Shown in pieces: positions 26,929 through 36,695 of a stretch of 64,000 nucleotides of DNA. Every line of letters starts with the position of its first letter. Position 1 is the first letter of the stretch. The DNA lies in assembly GCA_903879985.1 (NCBI GenBank), contig CAIRNR010000007.1:465519-529518 (forward strand), written 5' to 3'. Under the pieces are notes generated by a model. It saw only the letters and a list, made by a program, of their open reading frames with translations. It had not been told where the DNA came from and ran no database searches. The stretch is from an uncultured candidate division WWE3 bacterium. Lineage in GTDB: Bacteria > Patescibacteriota > WWE3 > UBA101185 > UBA10185. A program made the position numbers and the translations under genes.

Positions 26929-29798
26929 TTATACGCAAAAGGACACAAATCTCTATAATCACACCAACTACAATGCATCCCGGGAGTAGCTGTAAAGTTG
27001 GCCTTTTTCAATTCTTCCATAACATTAAATATTTGATCGCGTTGTTCCTCTAGTTGCAAAGGTGTACGGGTGGTGGATAACTTTTCGCCGCTTTCTACAA
27101 AATAATAACTTAGCAAAGTTGGGTTAAGTCCAAATGCTTCTTTTGCGGCTATAGCGTAAATGGAAACCTGTGCGTCCTTATCAACATCTTTTTGAGTTTT
27201 GGTTTGGCCTGTTTTGTAATCTATAATTTCCACGCCACCGTCAGGTGCTGCGTCGATACGGTCAATTTTTCCATAAAACTTAATTCCGTTTAGACGTAAC
27301 GTAAAAGGTTTTTCCAAACCAATGTGTTTAACGTGAAGTGGATTATTTTTTTCATAATATGCGGTAAGCAGTTTTTTTCCGTTCTCAAAATATAAGTTGC
27401 GGTGATTTTCATCCATGTAGCCCAGCGGTTGCCATTTTTCTTCATACACCTGCATAAGTTGTTCTAAAGATAAGTCTTCGTCAAACATTTTTTTCAAATG
27501 GAATTCACGCAAACTTTCGTGAATTGTTATACCAAAACTTAACGCGTGGTTTGGTGCTGTTGGAATTCGGAGAACATATGAAAATTTATATTTTAATGGA
27601 CAAGTTAAAAACGTATCCATTTGTGTAAAACTCAATGAGTCAGGTTTAAAAGATTTTATTATTGGTGTGGTGTCAGGATTTCTAAAACCGGAATCTACGC
27701 CAAATAATCCAGTTTGTGTTTGTCGATTTTTAATATCTTCGGCCGAAATTTCTTCAGGTTTAATTCCTGTTTCCTGAAGGTAACCACTTGGAGTTTTGTC
27801 ACGTTTACCGCCGTAATTTTTACCGTGAGTTAAATACAAATATTTGCATGCGCGGGTCATACCAACGTAAAAAAGTCTGCGCTCTTCTTGGATGTGCTCG
27901 TCACCTGTAGGAAGTGTTTCTTTGATTAACTCGTTTGGTATTTCAATAACGTCAGATTTATTTCTTGTTGGGAATCTGTCGGCAACAAGGTTAACTAAAA
28001 ATACAACTGGAAACTCTAAACCCTTTGATGCATGAACAGTCATTAAGTTTACCGTGTCTATATCTTCTATTTCGGCTTGAGCTGGGTTATCTCCGGCATC
28101 TATTATCAAATCTAAATAGTCCACAAAGTCTATTAATGTAGGTAAGTTTTTGTTTTCCTCGTGGTAATCAACTTCGAATCTTTTTATGATCCCCAAAAAT
28201 ATGTCCAAGTTTTTTATGGCCATTGAATTCTCAATTGATTCTTCTTGAGTGAACTGGCTCACATATTCAATTGATGTAACTAAATTAAAGACTAATTGTG
28301 TGGGCGATGTTTTTGTTATCTCCGCTTGATATTTTCTTATTTTCTCTTTAAGGGAAATGACTTCTGCATTTTGAGATTCGTTAATTGTTTCCCAAAGATC
28401 TTGTTTTTTGTAACGGGAACTCGTGAGAAGATTTGAGATTTCTTCAAAAGGAATGTTTAAAGTACTTATGTTTAGTGTGCGATATAAACTTATATTGTCT
28501 TTTGGATTTAAAACAACTTTTAGAAGTGCAATAATATCTCGAATTTCGTCCTGATCGTATAAACCTCGGTTTCCAACTAATTGATAAGGAAGCCCATATT
28601 TTCTAAGCGCCAACATAAATGGATCTAAATGGCTGTTTGCTCTTGCCAAAATTGCGATGTCTTTGTAAGTATACTGAGGTTCTTTTGCCAAAATATCCTG
28701 AATCTCTTTTACAACAAACTCAACTTCATCTTCCAAAGTTTCGGTATGAATAATGTGTGGTGCGTCTCCTGTTTGATCGGCTTTACTTATTAACTTTTTT
28801 GAGATTCCCAAGCGCGATTCTAAAGTATCCGGGTTATTGTTTTGAATTAGCTTGTACGATGGATCCAATATTTTTTGAGTAGAACGATAGTTTTCCAATA
28901 GTGTAATCATCTCGGCTTTTGGATAATCTTCCATGAATTGTAAAATATTTGAAACGGCAGCTCCACGAAATTTGTAAATTGATTGTGAGTCATCTCCGAC
29001 GGCAATTAAACTTCTTTCGCCCATTTCTTGCGGACACATCATTTTTATTAATTCGTATTGGGCATAGTTGGTATCTTGAAACTCGTCGAGCAGTACGTGT
29101 TTAAATTGATCCTGATATTTCTTTAGTATGTTTGGCCTTTGTTTAAAAAGTTCTATTGTCCAAGTTATTAAGTCGCCAAAGTCCATGCGCGAGTTTGCCA
29201 TTTTAAGCTCAGAATATCTTTCGTAAATGTAGGCAAGTTCTTTAAATCTTTTGGTTTCTTCTTCGGATTCAAAGGTTGATGTTTCCACAAACTTTGTAAA
29301 GTCTGTTGGCATAATATTTTCATCTTGAAGTCGTGACATGAACTTTAAAAAGGCGCCGATAAATTTTGTTGGGTTACCCAGCGGCCTAAAATATTGAAGA
29401 TTTAATTTAAAGATATTTCTTCTTAGCAAGATCCATTGATCAGGTCCGGAAAGTATTTTGTATCCTGGGTCTAATCCAATTTCGATTCCTTCAGATCGTA
29501 GCAATCGGTCGGCAAAAGAGTGGAATGTGCACACCCAAGGTTCTTCGTAACCTAAAGGCATAACATCGCTTAATCTATTTAGCATTTCGGCCGCAGCTTT
29601 TTCGGTAAATGTTAAAGCTAAGATTTCTTTTGAGTTTACGTTTTCATTTGTAACAAGATTTTTTATACGTTCCGTAATAACGCGTGTTTTTCCTGTGCCT
29701 GCTCCCGCCACAACTAATAAGGGACCTGTTTTATGTAATACTGTTTTTGATTGATTTTCGTTTAGTTCAAATGTTGTCTTGGTTTTTTTAGCAGTCAT
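26922..29798 (-). CDS. Single-polypeptide helicase-nuclease: UvrD-like SF1 helicase fused to a C-terminal PD-(D/E)XK (RecB/Cas4-type) nuclease with a Cys cluster
   Basis: 958 aa. Helicase motifs: Walker A AGAGTGKT, DEFQDTN, LMTVHASKGLEFP. Nuclease motifs: GKIDRID...EIIDYKTG. Cys residues in CPLKYK and CSWCDYRDLC give a C...CxxCx5C pattern. Confidence 0.75.
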   Translation of the reverse strand: MTAKKTKTTFELNENQSKTVLHKTGPLLVVAGAGTGKTRVITERIKNLVTNENVNSKEILALTFTEKAAAEMLNRLSDVMPLGYEEPWVCTFHSFADRLLRSEGIEIGLDPGYKILSGPDQWILLRRNIFKLNLQYFRPLGNPTKFIGAFLKFMSRLQDENIMPTDFTKFVETSTFESEEETKRFKELAYIYERYSELKMANSRMDFGDLITWTIELFKQRPNILKKYQDQFKHVLLDEFQDTNYAQYELIKMMCPQEMGERSLIAVGDDSQSIYKFRGAAVSNILQFMEDYPKAEMITLLENYRSTQKILDPSYKLIQNNNPDTLESRLGISKKLISKADQTGDAPHIIHTETLEDEVEFVVKEIQDILAKEPQYTYKDIAILARANSHLDPFMLALRKYGLPYQLVGNRGLYDQDEIRDIIALLKVVLNPKDNISLYRTLNISTLNIPFEEISNLLTSSRYKKQDLWETINESQNAEVISLKEKIRKYQAEITKTSPTQLVFNLVTSIEYVSQFTQEESIENSMAIKNLDIFLGIIKRFEVDYHEENKNLPTLIDFVDYLDLIIDAGDNPAQAEIEDIDTVNLMTVHASKGLEFPVVFLVNLVADRFPTRNKSDVIEIPNELIKETLPTGDEHIQEERRLFYVGMTRACKYLYLTHGKNYGGKRDKTPSGYLQETGIKPEEISAEDIKNRQTQTGLFGVDSGFRNPDTTPIIKSFKPDSLSFTQMDTFLTCPLKYKFSYVLRIPTAPNHALSFGITIHESLREFHLKKMFDEDLSLEQLMQVYEEKWQPLGYMDENHRNLYFENGKKLLTAYYEKNNPLHVKHIGLEKPFTLRLNGIKFYGKIDRIDAAPDGGVEIIDYKTGQTKTQKDVDKDAQVSIYAIAAKEAFGLNPTLLSYYFVESGEKLSTTRTPLQLEEQRDQIFNVMEELKKANFTATPGMHCSWCDYRDLCPFAYKG

Positions 29799-29860
29799 CG
29801 TTTTTGTATTATATCGCAGGAAGCGTTAAAATAGGCGTACAAATTCAGTAGGAGGTACTA

Positions 29861-29989
29861 ATGGACGTAGTTGGCTTAGTGATTAGTGGCGTGCTGCTTA
29901 TTGCAGGTTTACTCACTCTGGGGCATTACTTTGTCGCGAATTCAAGTCCGGAGGAACTTCAACAAATGGGCATCTCTCTGAAACAATAA
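29861..29989 (+). CDS. Putative 42-aa membrane peptide
   Basis: Perfect SD taGGAGGTactaATG and a single TM (VVGLVISGVLLIAGLLTLG). It falls below the ORF-track length cutoff. Confidence 0.35.
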   Translation: MDVVGLVISGVLLIAGLLTLGHYFVANSSPEELQQMGISLKQ

Positions 29990-30056
29990 CCACCGTCGTC
30001 GTTTTTCATCGCTAAGGGTCTTCAAGTTTGCACGTTGAAACTGAGGACCCGTTTTT

Positions 30057-31148
30057 TTAGTCGATTAACTTTGTTTGGCCTGTTCCTGGTTCAAGTTCTT
30101 CCTCAATGTCTTGTTCTATTTCACTGGCGTGTTCGATTTTTCCAAACAGCTTTGTGAATTTACCTCTAACAAAATCCATTGATTTGAAACTGTTTGAAAT
30201 ATGTCGCTCAAGTACCCCGAGGTCTTCGCCAAATTTTTCGGCTTCAATTCTAATTCCCGACAAAGCTTTTAATATTTCACCAGCATGTTTTTGTAATGTT
30301 TGTTGCTGATAGGCGACAAGCAAAACCTTTAAAAAGTAAGTTAATGTATTTGGTGACGCCATAATTACATTTTTCGCTTTGCAGTAAGCTTCAAGGTCCG
30401 GTGTATTTACAATAAGTTCGTAGTAAACATTTTCCGATGGAATGTACATGATTGCTTGTTCTGTTGTATGTTCGGCAGGCAAAATATATTTTGACGAAAT
30501 TTCATCAACTCTTTTTTTAACGTCAGACAAAAATGTTTTTTTGTATTTGTCGCGTAATTCTTGCGTTTCAGCGTTTAACATTGCAGCAAAGTTTTCCATT
30601 GGAAATTTAGAATCAATTGGAATTAAACCTCGGTCGGTAATAACAACAGCGTCGCAAATGTTTCCATCTTTAAATTTATATTGAGTCTTAAATAAATCTT
30701 TGGGTAAAAAGTTTTCCAAGATTTCGTACAACAATTGCTCACCAAGTCCTCCACGTAATTTTGGAGAACGTAAGATATTTGCTAAATCTTTCATGTCAGT
30801 TCCAAACTCCTGTAAACCTCCCAATTGTTTTTGTACGGCTCTGACAATTTCTTGTGAAGCATCTAAGCGTTCCCAAATTAATTTTGTTTGTGCATTCATT
30901 GCCTCGCGTTGTGTTTTCATTTGAACTTCCAATGTTGTACGCTGATCTTTCAGTTGTCGTTCAATAACGTCAGAATTTTTATCAACAGAACCTTTCATGT
31001 CTTTCAACCATTCCATTAAAACTCCTGAGTCATCTTTTTTTAATTCGGTTTTTAGATTTTTTATTTGTGAAAGTAATATGTACGCAATTAATCCAAAGAA
31101 AGCTATTATTCCTACAAAGGCTATGATTATTATTTGTGTTTCAGGCAT
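30057..31148 (-). CDS. rmuC: DNA recombination protein RmuC
   Basis: An N-terminal TM, a long coiled coil, then the RmuC C-terminal nuclease-like domain. The start is placed at the Met before the TM. Confidence 0.75.
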   Translation of the reverse strand: MPETQIIIIAFVGIIAFFGLIAYILLSQIKNLKTELKKDDSGVLMEWLKDMKGSVDKNSDVIERQLKDQRTTLEVQMKTQREAMNAQTKLIWERLDASQEIVRAVQKQLGGLQEFGTDMKDLANILRSPKLRGGLGEQLLYEILENFLPKDLFKTQYKFKDGNICDAVVITDRGLIPIDSKFPMENFAAMLNAETQELRDKYKKTFLSDVKKRVDEISSKYILPAEHTTEQAIMYIPSENVYYELIVNTPDLEAYCKAKNVIMASPNTLTYFLKVLLVAYQQQTLQKHAGEILKALSGIRIEAEKFGEDLGVLERHISNSFKSMDFVRGKFTKLFGKIEHASEIEQDIEEELEPGTGQTKLID

Positions 31149-31198
31149 GAGAGTAGGATAGCACGGCAGGTGTTTATACGCCATGATACAATCAAAGC

Positions 31199-31558
31199 AT
31201 GCCAAAGTTCATCTACTCGGTTTACTTATTTATGGCACTTAGCTGGGCCGCTGTTATCTTTGTAATTTTCAATACCAAACCTACTTCAACTCCCGCTATT
31301 ATGCTTTTTCTCTTTTTTCTTTTCTTTGCACTTGGGTTTACTCTTTCCGTACCAACCTTTATCGGCTATCAAAAGCTACATCCAACATTCACCGCCCAAC
31401 GTGGTTTATATCGTAAAGGTTTAAAGTGGGGATTTTACTTATCCTTTGGAATTACAGGTTTGTCGTTACTAAAAGCTTTTGACCTTTTGCAGGTTATAAA
31501 CATCGTACTGTTTGTGCTTTTTTACATATTACTTTCCACGCAGTTACGGGGAAGATAG
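31199..31558 (+). CDS. Membrane protein, hypothetical
   Basis: 119 aa with 3-4 TM helices. Confidence 0.45.
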   Translation: MPKFIYSVYLFMALSWAAVIFVIFNTKPTSTPAIMLFLFFLFFALGFTLSVPTFIGYQKLHPTFTAQRGLYRKGLKWGFYLSFGITGLSLLKAFDLLQVINIVLFVLFYILLSTQLRGR

Positions 31559-31598
31559 CTAAAAAGTGGCACGCAGGTGATAAAATATCCCTAGCCGT

Positions 31599-33026
31599 AT
31601 GAAAAAGACCAAATTACTTATTACAACTGCAATAGACTACACAAACGATGTTATTCACATTGGGCATGCCTACCAAAAGGTTTTGTCTGATTGCTTAGCG
31701 CGTTATTATCGCCATACGTTTGGTCCTGAAAAAGTATATTTCTTAACCGGTACAGATGAGCATGGTTCTACCAACGAAAAAGCCGCCAAAGCGCGCAATA
31801 TTTTACCCCTTGACCATGTAACCGAAATATCAGCCAAAGATAAAGAACAACTCGACGCCCTAAATCTCTCTTATAATCGTTTTATTCGTACAACTAATGA
31901 GGATCACAAAAAAATTGCTCAAGATTTCATGCAGAAGTCCTTTGATAATGGAGATATATATTTAGGTAAGTACGAAGGTTTGTATTGTGAAGGCTGTGAG
32001 TCGTATAAAACCCTTTCTGAGTTAAACGATGACGGGCAATGCTTGTTACATCCAACACGCCAGATCCAAAAAATTGAAGAAGAAAATTACTTTTTTAGAT
32101 GGAGTAAATACGTTGATTTCCTAAAGGATTTATTATCCGAGCACGGTTTTGTTTATCCCGAAGGTAAGCGAAAAGAAATGTTAGCCCTTGTTACACAAGG
32201 TTTAGAAGATTTGCCTGTAAGTCGCCCAAAATACAAAGTTTCTTGGGGAATTGATGTCCCATTTGATCACGAACACGTTATTTATGTTTGGTTTGATGCT
32301 TTGATTAACTATTACACCGCGGGTGTTCAAAACGGATTTTGGGATGACGAAACAGAAATTATTCATGTTTTAGGTAAAGATAATGCTAAGTGGCATGCGG
32401 TTTTATGGCCTGCAATGTTAAAGAGTGCCGGATATCGTTTGCCAGACACAGTTTATGTTCATGGATTTATAAACCTGGATGGAGAAAAGATCAGTAAATC
32501 TCGTGGAAATGTTATAAGACCAACTGAATTGACTGAAAAGTTTGGTGTTGATCCCGTAAGATATTACTTTTTAAAGCAAGGTCCCATTGTTGAAGATGTA
32601 AACATAAGTTTAGATCAGTTTAGAGAAGTTTATAATGCGGATTTAGCGAATGGTTTAGGTAATACGGTGGCACGTTTAGCCAAGTTGGCTGAAAAATCCG
32701 GAGAGACACTAAACATTTGTATGCCGGCACAAGAAGTTTGGACTGAAACTTGGTCAGACTCGTTTAAAGAATTTCGTGTTGATTTAGTTTTACAAGGTGT
32801 GTGGGCAAAACTTTCGGAAATTGATAAACATATCAACGATAACGAACCATGGAGTATTAAGGACAAAGCAAAGTTAAAAGAAGTTTTAGAATTTGAAATC
32901 ACTAAACTAATGGAAGTGGCCGTTATACTAGAGCCATTTATGCCTGCGACTTCTGAAAAAATAGTAAGTCAGTTTGAGACGGGAAAAGTGATTGCCGAGA
33001 CGCCGCTGTTTCCTCGAATATCTTAA
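31599..33026 (+). CDS. metG: Methionyl-tRNA synthetase (core, 475 aa)
   Basis: HIGHAY (HIGH) and KISKSRG (KMSKS) motifs. Confidence 0.9.
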   Translation: MKKTKLLITTAIDYTNDVIHIGHAYQKVLSDCLARYYRHTFGPEKVYFLTGTDEHGSTNEKAAKARNILPLDHVTEISAKDKEQLDALNLSYNRFIRTTNEDHKKIAQDFMQKSFDNGDIYLGKYEGLYCEGCESYKTLSELNDDGQCLLHPTRQIQKIEEENYFFRWSKYVDFLKDLLSEHGFVYPEGKRKEMLALVTQGLEDLPVSRPKYKVSWGIDVPFDHEHVIYVWFDALINYYTAGVQNGFWDDETEIIHVLGKDNAKWHAVLWPAMLKSAGYRLPDTVYVHGFINLDGEKISKSRGNVIRPTELTEKFGVDPVRYYFLKQGPIVEDVNISLDQFREVYNADLANGLGNTVARLAKLAEKSGETLNICMPAQEVWTETWSDSFKEFRVDLVLQGVWAKLSEIDKHINDNEPWSIKDKAKLKEVLEFEITKLMEVAVILEPFMPATSEKIVSQFETGKVIAETPLFPRIS

Positions 33027-34411
33027 TGACTAATTTACCCGAGAATTTTAAAAAAGCACTGATAATTATTTCCACCAAATTAAAAGATTATCCTTATGCA
33101 ATACGTGGTACGTCTAGCTTGGTTTTGCAAGGATTTGAAATGAACGCTGATGATATTGATATATTAGGGGACGAAAAAGTTGCTGGTGTTGCCAACGAAC
33201 TTTTTAAAGAATATTTAGTTGAACCTGTTGAATATAAAGAATCTGATAAATTCATTTCTCATTACGGGAAATTCGATATTGAAGGCGTGCAAGTCGAGTT
33301 TATGTGTGATTGGAAGATCAAAGATACTAAGGGAAATTGGACAGAAGCCTATACCGCAGTTGAAAGAAAACCTATTGATTTGGAAGGCCATGAAATTTAT
33401 GTAACCACACCCCAGCTTGAGTTAGAATTTTTCACAAAAATGGGCCGTTGGAATGCCTTTCACAAATTAAGAAAGCAACTTCCTACTCACGAGAAAATGT
33501 TGGTCATAGACACCTTTAATATTATGCATCGTGCTTACCACGCGATTCCCGCGACTTTTAAAGACCTTGAAGGAAATCCCACCAACGCAATTTACGGTGT
33601 CACTTCAATGATTATAAATTTACTCGATCAAGTTAAACCTCAATATTTTGTAGCAGCCATCGATGGAGAAAAACCCGTATTTAGACACGAAGATTTTACT
33701 GGTTACAAAGCACACCGTCGTCCTGTCGAAGATGATTTGTCCGTACAAATTAAAAAGGTTTTCGAAATACTTGAGGCTTTTGGTATCAAACAAATTCAAG
33801 TTGATGGTTACGAGGCAGACGATATTATTGGCACGTTATCTACAAAGTTTGTCGGAGAAGTTGACGTTATTATTAATTCTAACGATCGTGACTTGTGGCA
33901 GTTAACTGGGGAAAATGTTTTTTTACTTGTACCCAGCAAAGGTGGAGATTTAGAATGGCTTGGTCGCAAAGAAGTTACAGCCCGCCTAGGTTTTAGTCCC
34001 GAGCAAGTTCCCGACTATAAAGGTTTGCGAGGTGATCCTTCTGATAATATTCCCGGAGTTTTTGGTATTGGCGAGGTTACAGCTACTAAATTAATAAAAG
34101 AATTCGGCTCTGTTGAAGAGATTTATAAAAATATTGAAAAGGTGCAGCCCGAAGCATTACGAGAAAAACTACTTAATTGCTACGAACAGGCAGTTATGAG
34201 CAAAAAGCTGGCACAGATTATTTGTGATGTTCCTATGCACGTAGAGCTGGCCGAATGTAAGTATAGTGATTACAATCGCACTAAAATTCGAGATGTTTTG
34301 CAAAAGTATGGTTTTAAATCTTTGATTAAGCGTTTAGGTTTTGATACCGAGGGGAAGCCCAGTAAAGCTAGTAAGACCGTTGTAGCGGAAGATCAGTTGG
34401 CCCTGTTCTAA
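33026..34411 (+). CDS. Fusion: N-terminal Pol-beta-superfamily nucleotidyltransferase-like domain plus 5'-3' exonuclease/FEN (Pol I N-terminal type)
   Basis: Residues 1-155 carry RGTSSLVLQGFEMNADDIDILGD (the G[ST]...D.D NTase signature, Lnu-like). Residues 158-461 carry the FEN acidic clusters (IDT, AAIDGE, DGYEADDIIGT, SNDRDLWQL) and an H3TH. There is no stop between the domains, and the start overlaps the metG stop (TAATG). Confidence 0.7.
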   Translation: MTNLPENFKKALIIISTKLKDYPYAIRGTSSLVLQGFEMNADDIDILGDEKVAGVANELFKEYLVEPVEYKESDKFISHYGKFDIEGVQVEFMCDWKIKDTKGNWTEAYTAVERKPIDLEGHEIYVTTPQLELEFFTKMGRWNAFHKLRKQLPTHEKMLVIDTFNIMHRAYHAIPATFKDLEGNPTNAIYGVTSMIINLLDQVKPQYFVAAIDGEKPVFRHEDFTGYKAHRRPVEDDLSVQIKKVFEILEAFGIKQIQVDGYEADDIIGTLSTKFVGEVDVIINSNDRDLWQLTGENVFLLVPSKGGDLEWLGRKEVTARLGFSPEQVPDYKGLRGDPSDNIPGVFGIGEVTATKLIKEFGSVEEIYKNIEKVQPEALREKLLNCYEQAVMSKKLAQIICDVPMHVELAECKYSDYNRTKIRDVLQKYGFKSLIKRLGFDTEGKPSKASKTVVAEDQLALF

Positions 34412-34429
34412 TTAGCGTAAACTATACAC

Positions 34430-35089
34430 ATGACCATTAGCAAAACTCAACAAAATAAATTACAAAAGCATGCTGAGCAGATTGCCCAAATTCTGCAAAA
34501 AAACTATCCTTCTCCAAAAACCGAACTTAATTTTAAAGACGAATACCAACTTGCAGTCGCGGTTATGTTATCCGCACAAACTACCGATAAAAAAGTAAAT
34601 CAGGTTACTCCCGCACTTTTTGAAAAATATGCTAAATGGTCCGATCTTGCCTTAGCAACCCCTGCCGATATTGTGCCCATTATTCGCGCAGTAAACTTTC
34701 ATATCGGAAAAGCTGAACGCTTAGTTAAGGCTGGTAAAGTTGTTACCTCTCTTTTTGGCGGACAATTACCTCATGAACTAACAGAGCTAATTAAGATTCC
34801 TGGGGTAGCACGTAAAACAGCCAATGTTATTTTGCAGGAACTTTGGGACATAACTGAAGGGATTGTAGTGGACACTCACATCACCCGCGTATCGCAGCGT
34901 TTAGGTTTGACTACAAATGATGATCCAAAAAAGATTGAAAAAGATTTAATGTTATTGTTACAGCAAAAATATTGGAGAAATTATTCTGGCGCGGTTGTAT
35001 TGCATGGACGTTATATTTGCACAGCAAGAAATCCGAAATGTGAAGAATGTGTGTTGCATACTGTTTGTCCGAGTGCTTTTAAAATCTAA
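34430..35089 (+). CDS. nth: Endonuclease III (Nth)
   Basis: HhH-GPD fold (LPGVARKTANVIL) and a C-terminal CX6CX2CX5C 4Fe-4S loop. Confidence 0.9.
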   Translation: MTISKTQQNKLQKHAEQIAQILQKNYPSPKTELNFKDEYQLAVAVMLSAQTTDKKVNQVTPALFEKYAKWSDLALATPADIVPIIRAVNFHIGKAERLVKAGKVVTSLFGGQLPHELTELIKIPGVARKTANVILQELWDITEGIVVDTHITRVSQRLGLTTNDDPKKIEKDLMLLLQQKYWRNYSGAVVLHGRYICTARNPKCEECVLHTVCPSAFKI

Positions 35090-35098
35090 ATCTATTAT

Positions 35099-35683
35099 TT
35101 ATCGTGCTTGATTGTACGTAAAAATATTTCCAAAATCCGTAGAGCTGCCTGCTTGATAAGAGAATAGTCCTATTTTATACATTTGCATTGTATAAGACTG
35201 TCCTGGGGCTATTGCGATTGGCGATTCAAATTCTGAATATATATAGTTCACTTGGCGAAGAACCAACGGATTACTCGTTTGGTTTGTCCATCTAACTGTT
35301 TGTGAAAGTTTTGTAGTAACTGTTTGTGGCACGAATCCGTTAGCGGTGTAATTTATTTGCACTTCATTTTTAAGTGCATCGTTTGGACTTTGTGCTATTT
35401 GTTGAAAAGGAGTAGCTGGGGGTGCCGTAGAGCCTGCTGTTGTATTGGTAGTCGTACTAGTGGATTCTTCTGTTTGGGCTACCTTATAAGGCGCACTACC
35501 GTCTGTACCTGTATCGCTTGTTGCCATATCATTAGCTGTTACCTTAACTAAATTAGCTGTTTGTGTTGGTTTTCGTGTTTGAGCTACAACTATTATTGCT
35601 AAAAATACTAGCAGTGTAACTACACCAACAAGAATTACAGGTTTATTTTTTGATGCAAAGTTTTTAATCGTATTTATATTCAT
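35099..35683 (-). CDS. Secreted/membrane-anchored hypothetical protein with Thr/Ser-rich linker
   Basis: 194 aa with an N-terminal TM, a low-complexity STT linker, and a C-terminal beta-rich domain. Confidence 0.5.
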   Translation of the reverse strand: MNINTIKNFASKNKPVILVGVVTLLVFLAIIVVAQTRKPTQTANLVKVTANDMATSDTGTDGSAPYKVAQTEESTSTTTNTTAGSTAPPATPFQQIAQSPNDALKNEVQINYTANGFVPQTVTTKLSQTVRWTNQTSNPLVLRQVNYIYSEFESPIAIAPGQSYTMQMYKIGLFSYQAGSSTDFGNIFTYNQAR

Positions 35684-35694
35684 TTAAGAACATT

Positions 35695-36693
35695 CTAAAC
35701 CAAAGAGGTTATTTTTGTATCTGTTAATTCTTTGTTAACCAAATATCTCGGTGGTTTTTTATTTATTAATACGTCCACAACGTTTTCAGCCGACATTCTT
35801 GCCATTTGAATTCTTGCTTCCCAAGTTGCGCTACCTATATGCGGCGTTAAGACGACATTTTCCAGCTTTAATAATGCGGGATGGATTTTAGGTTCTTCCT
35901 CAAACACGTCAATTCCTGCACCTGCAATATATCCTTCGGTTAATGCCGCTACAAGTGCGTCTTCGTCAACAATCGGGCCGCGTGCAGTATTTATTAAGTA
36001 AGCCAAAGGCTTCATTTTGTGAAATTCCTTTGCGCTTATCAAATGTCTTGTTGCTTCACATAAATTGCAATGAATTGAAACAATATCGCTGTTTTCTAAT
36101 AAATAATCTAATTCAACTTTTTCTGCGTCCAATAAACTTTCACCTTCTGGATGAGGCATTACATCGTTGTAAAGTATCCGCATATTCAAGCCATACTTAG
36201 CCATGCGCGCAAAATGTTGGCCTATGCGTCCAAAACCTACAATGCCTAAAGTTTTACCCATTAATTTTGGGCCAATCATAGACAGTGGATCCCAATATTT
36301 ATATTCCTTAGCTCTACAGAATCTATCAGCTTCGGCTGTGCGCCTCGTGACACTCATCATTAAGGCAAAAGCATGTTCCCCAACGGCTTCTGTTAAGTCG
36401 CCCGGAGTATTTGCAACGAATATACCTTTTTTGGTTGCTGTCGCTATATCAATGTTGTCATAACCAACAGAATATGTTGCTATTACTTTTAAATTCTTTC
36501 CAGCAGCCGTAATTATTTCTTTTGAAATGTCATCAGGTATTACCGGAATAATTGCGTCTACACCTTTAACAGCTTCCATAAGTTTTTCTTCTGTTAATGG
36601 TTTCCCTTGACGGTAATCTATTTCTATTTCACGGTATTGTTGCAAAATATTAATGCCTGCTTGTGGAATTTCTCTCGTGATTAAAACTTTCAT
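35695..36693 (-). CDS. D-isomer-specific 2-hydroxyacid dehydrogenase (glycerate/hydroxypyruvate reductase-like)
   Basis: NAD-binding GIVGFGRIGQ, a catalytic R/E/H pattern, and a 332-aa length. Confidence 0.85.
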   Translation of the reverse strand: MKVLITREIPQAGINILQQYREIEIDYRQGKPLTEEKLMEAVKGVDAIIPVIPDDISKEIITAAGKNLKVIATYSVGYDNIDIATATKKGIFVANTPGDLTEAVGEHAFALMMSVTRRTAEADRFCRAKEYKYWDPLSMIGPKLMGKTLGIVGFGRIGQHFARMAKYGLNMRILYNDVMPHPEGESLLDAEKVELDYLLENSDIVSIHCNLCEATRHLISAKEFHKMKPLAYLINTARGPIVDEDALVAALTEGYIAGAGIDVFEEEPKIHPALLKLENVVLTPHIGSATWEARIQMARMSAENVVDVLINKKPPRYLVNKELTDTKITSLV

Positions 36694-36695
36694 AT

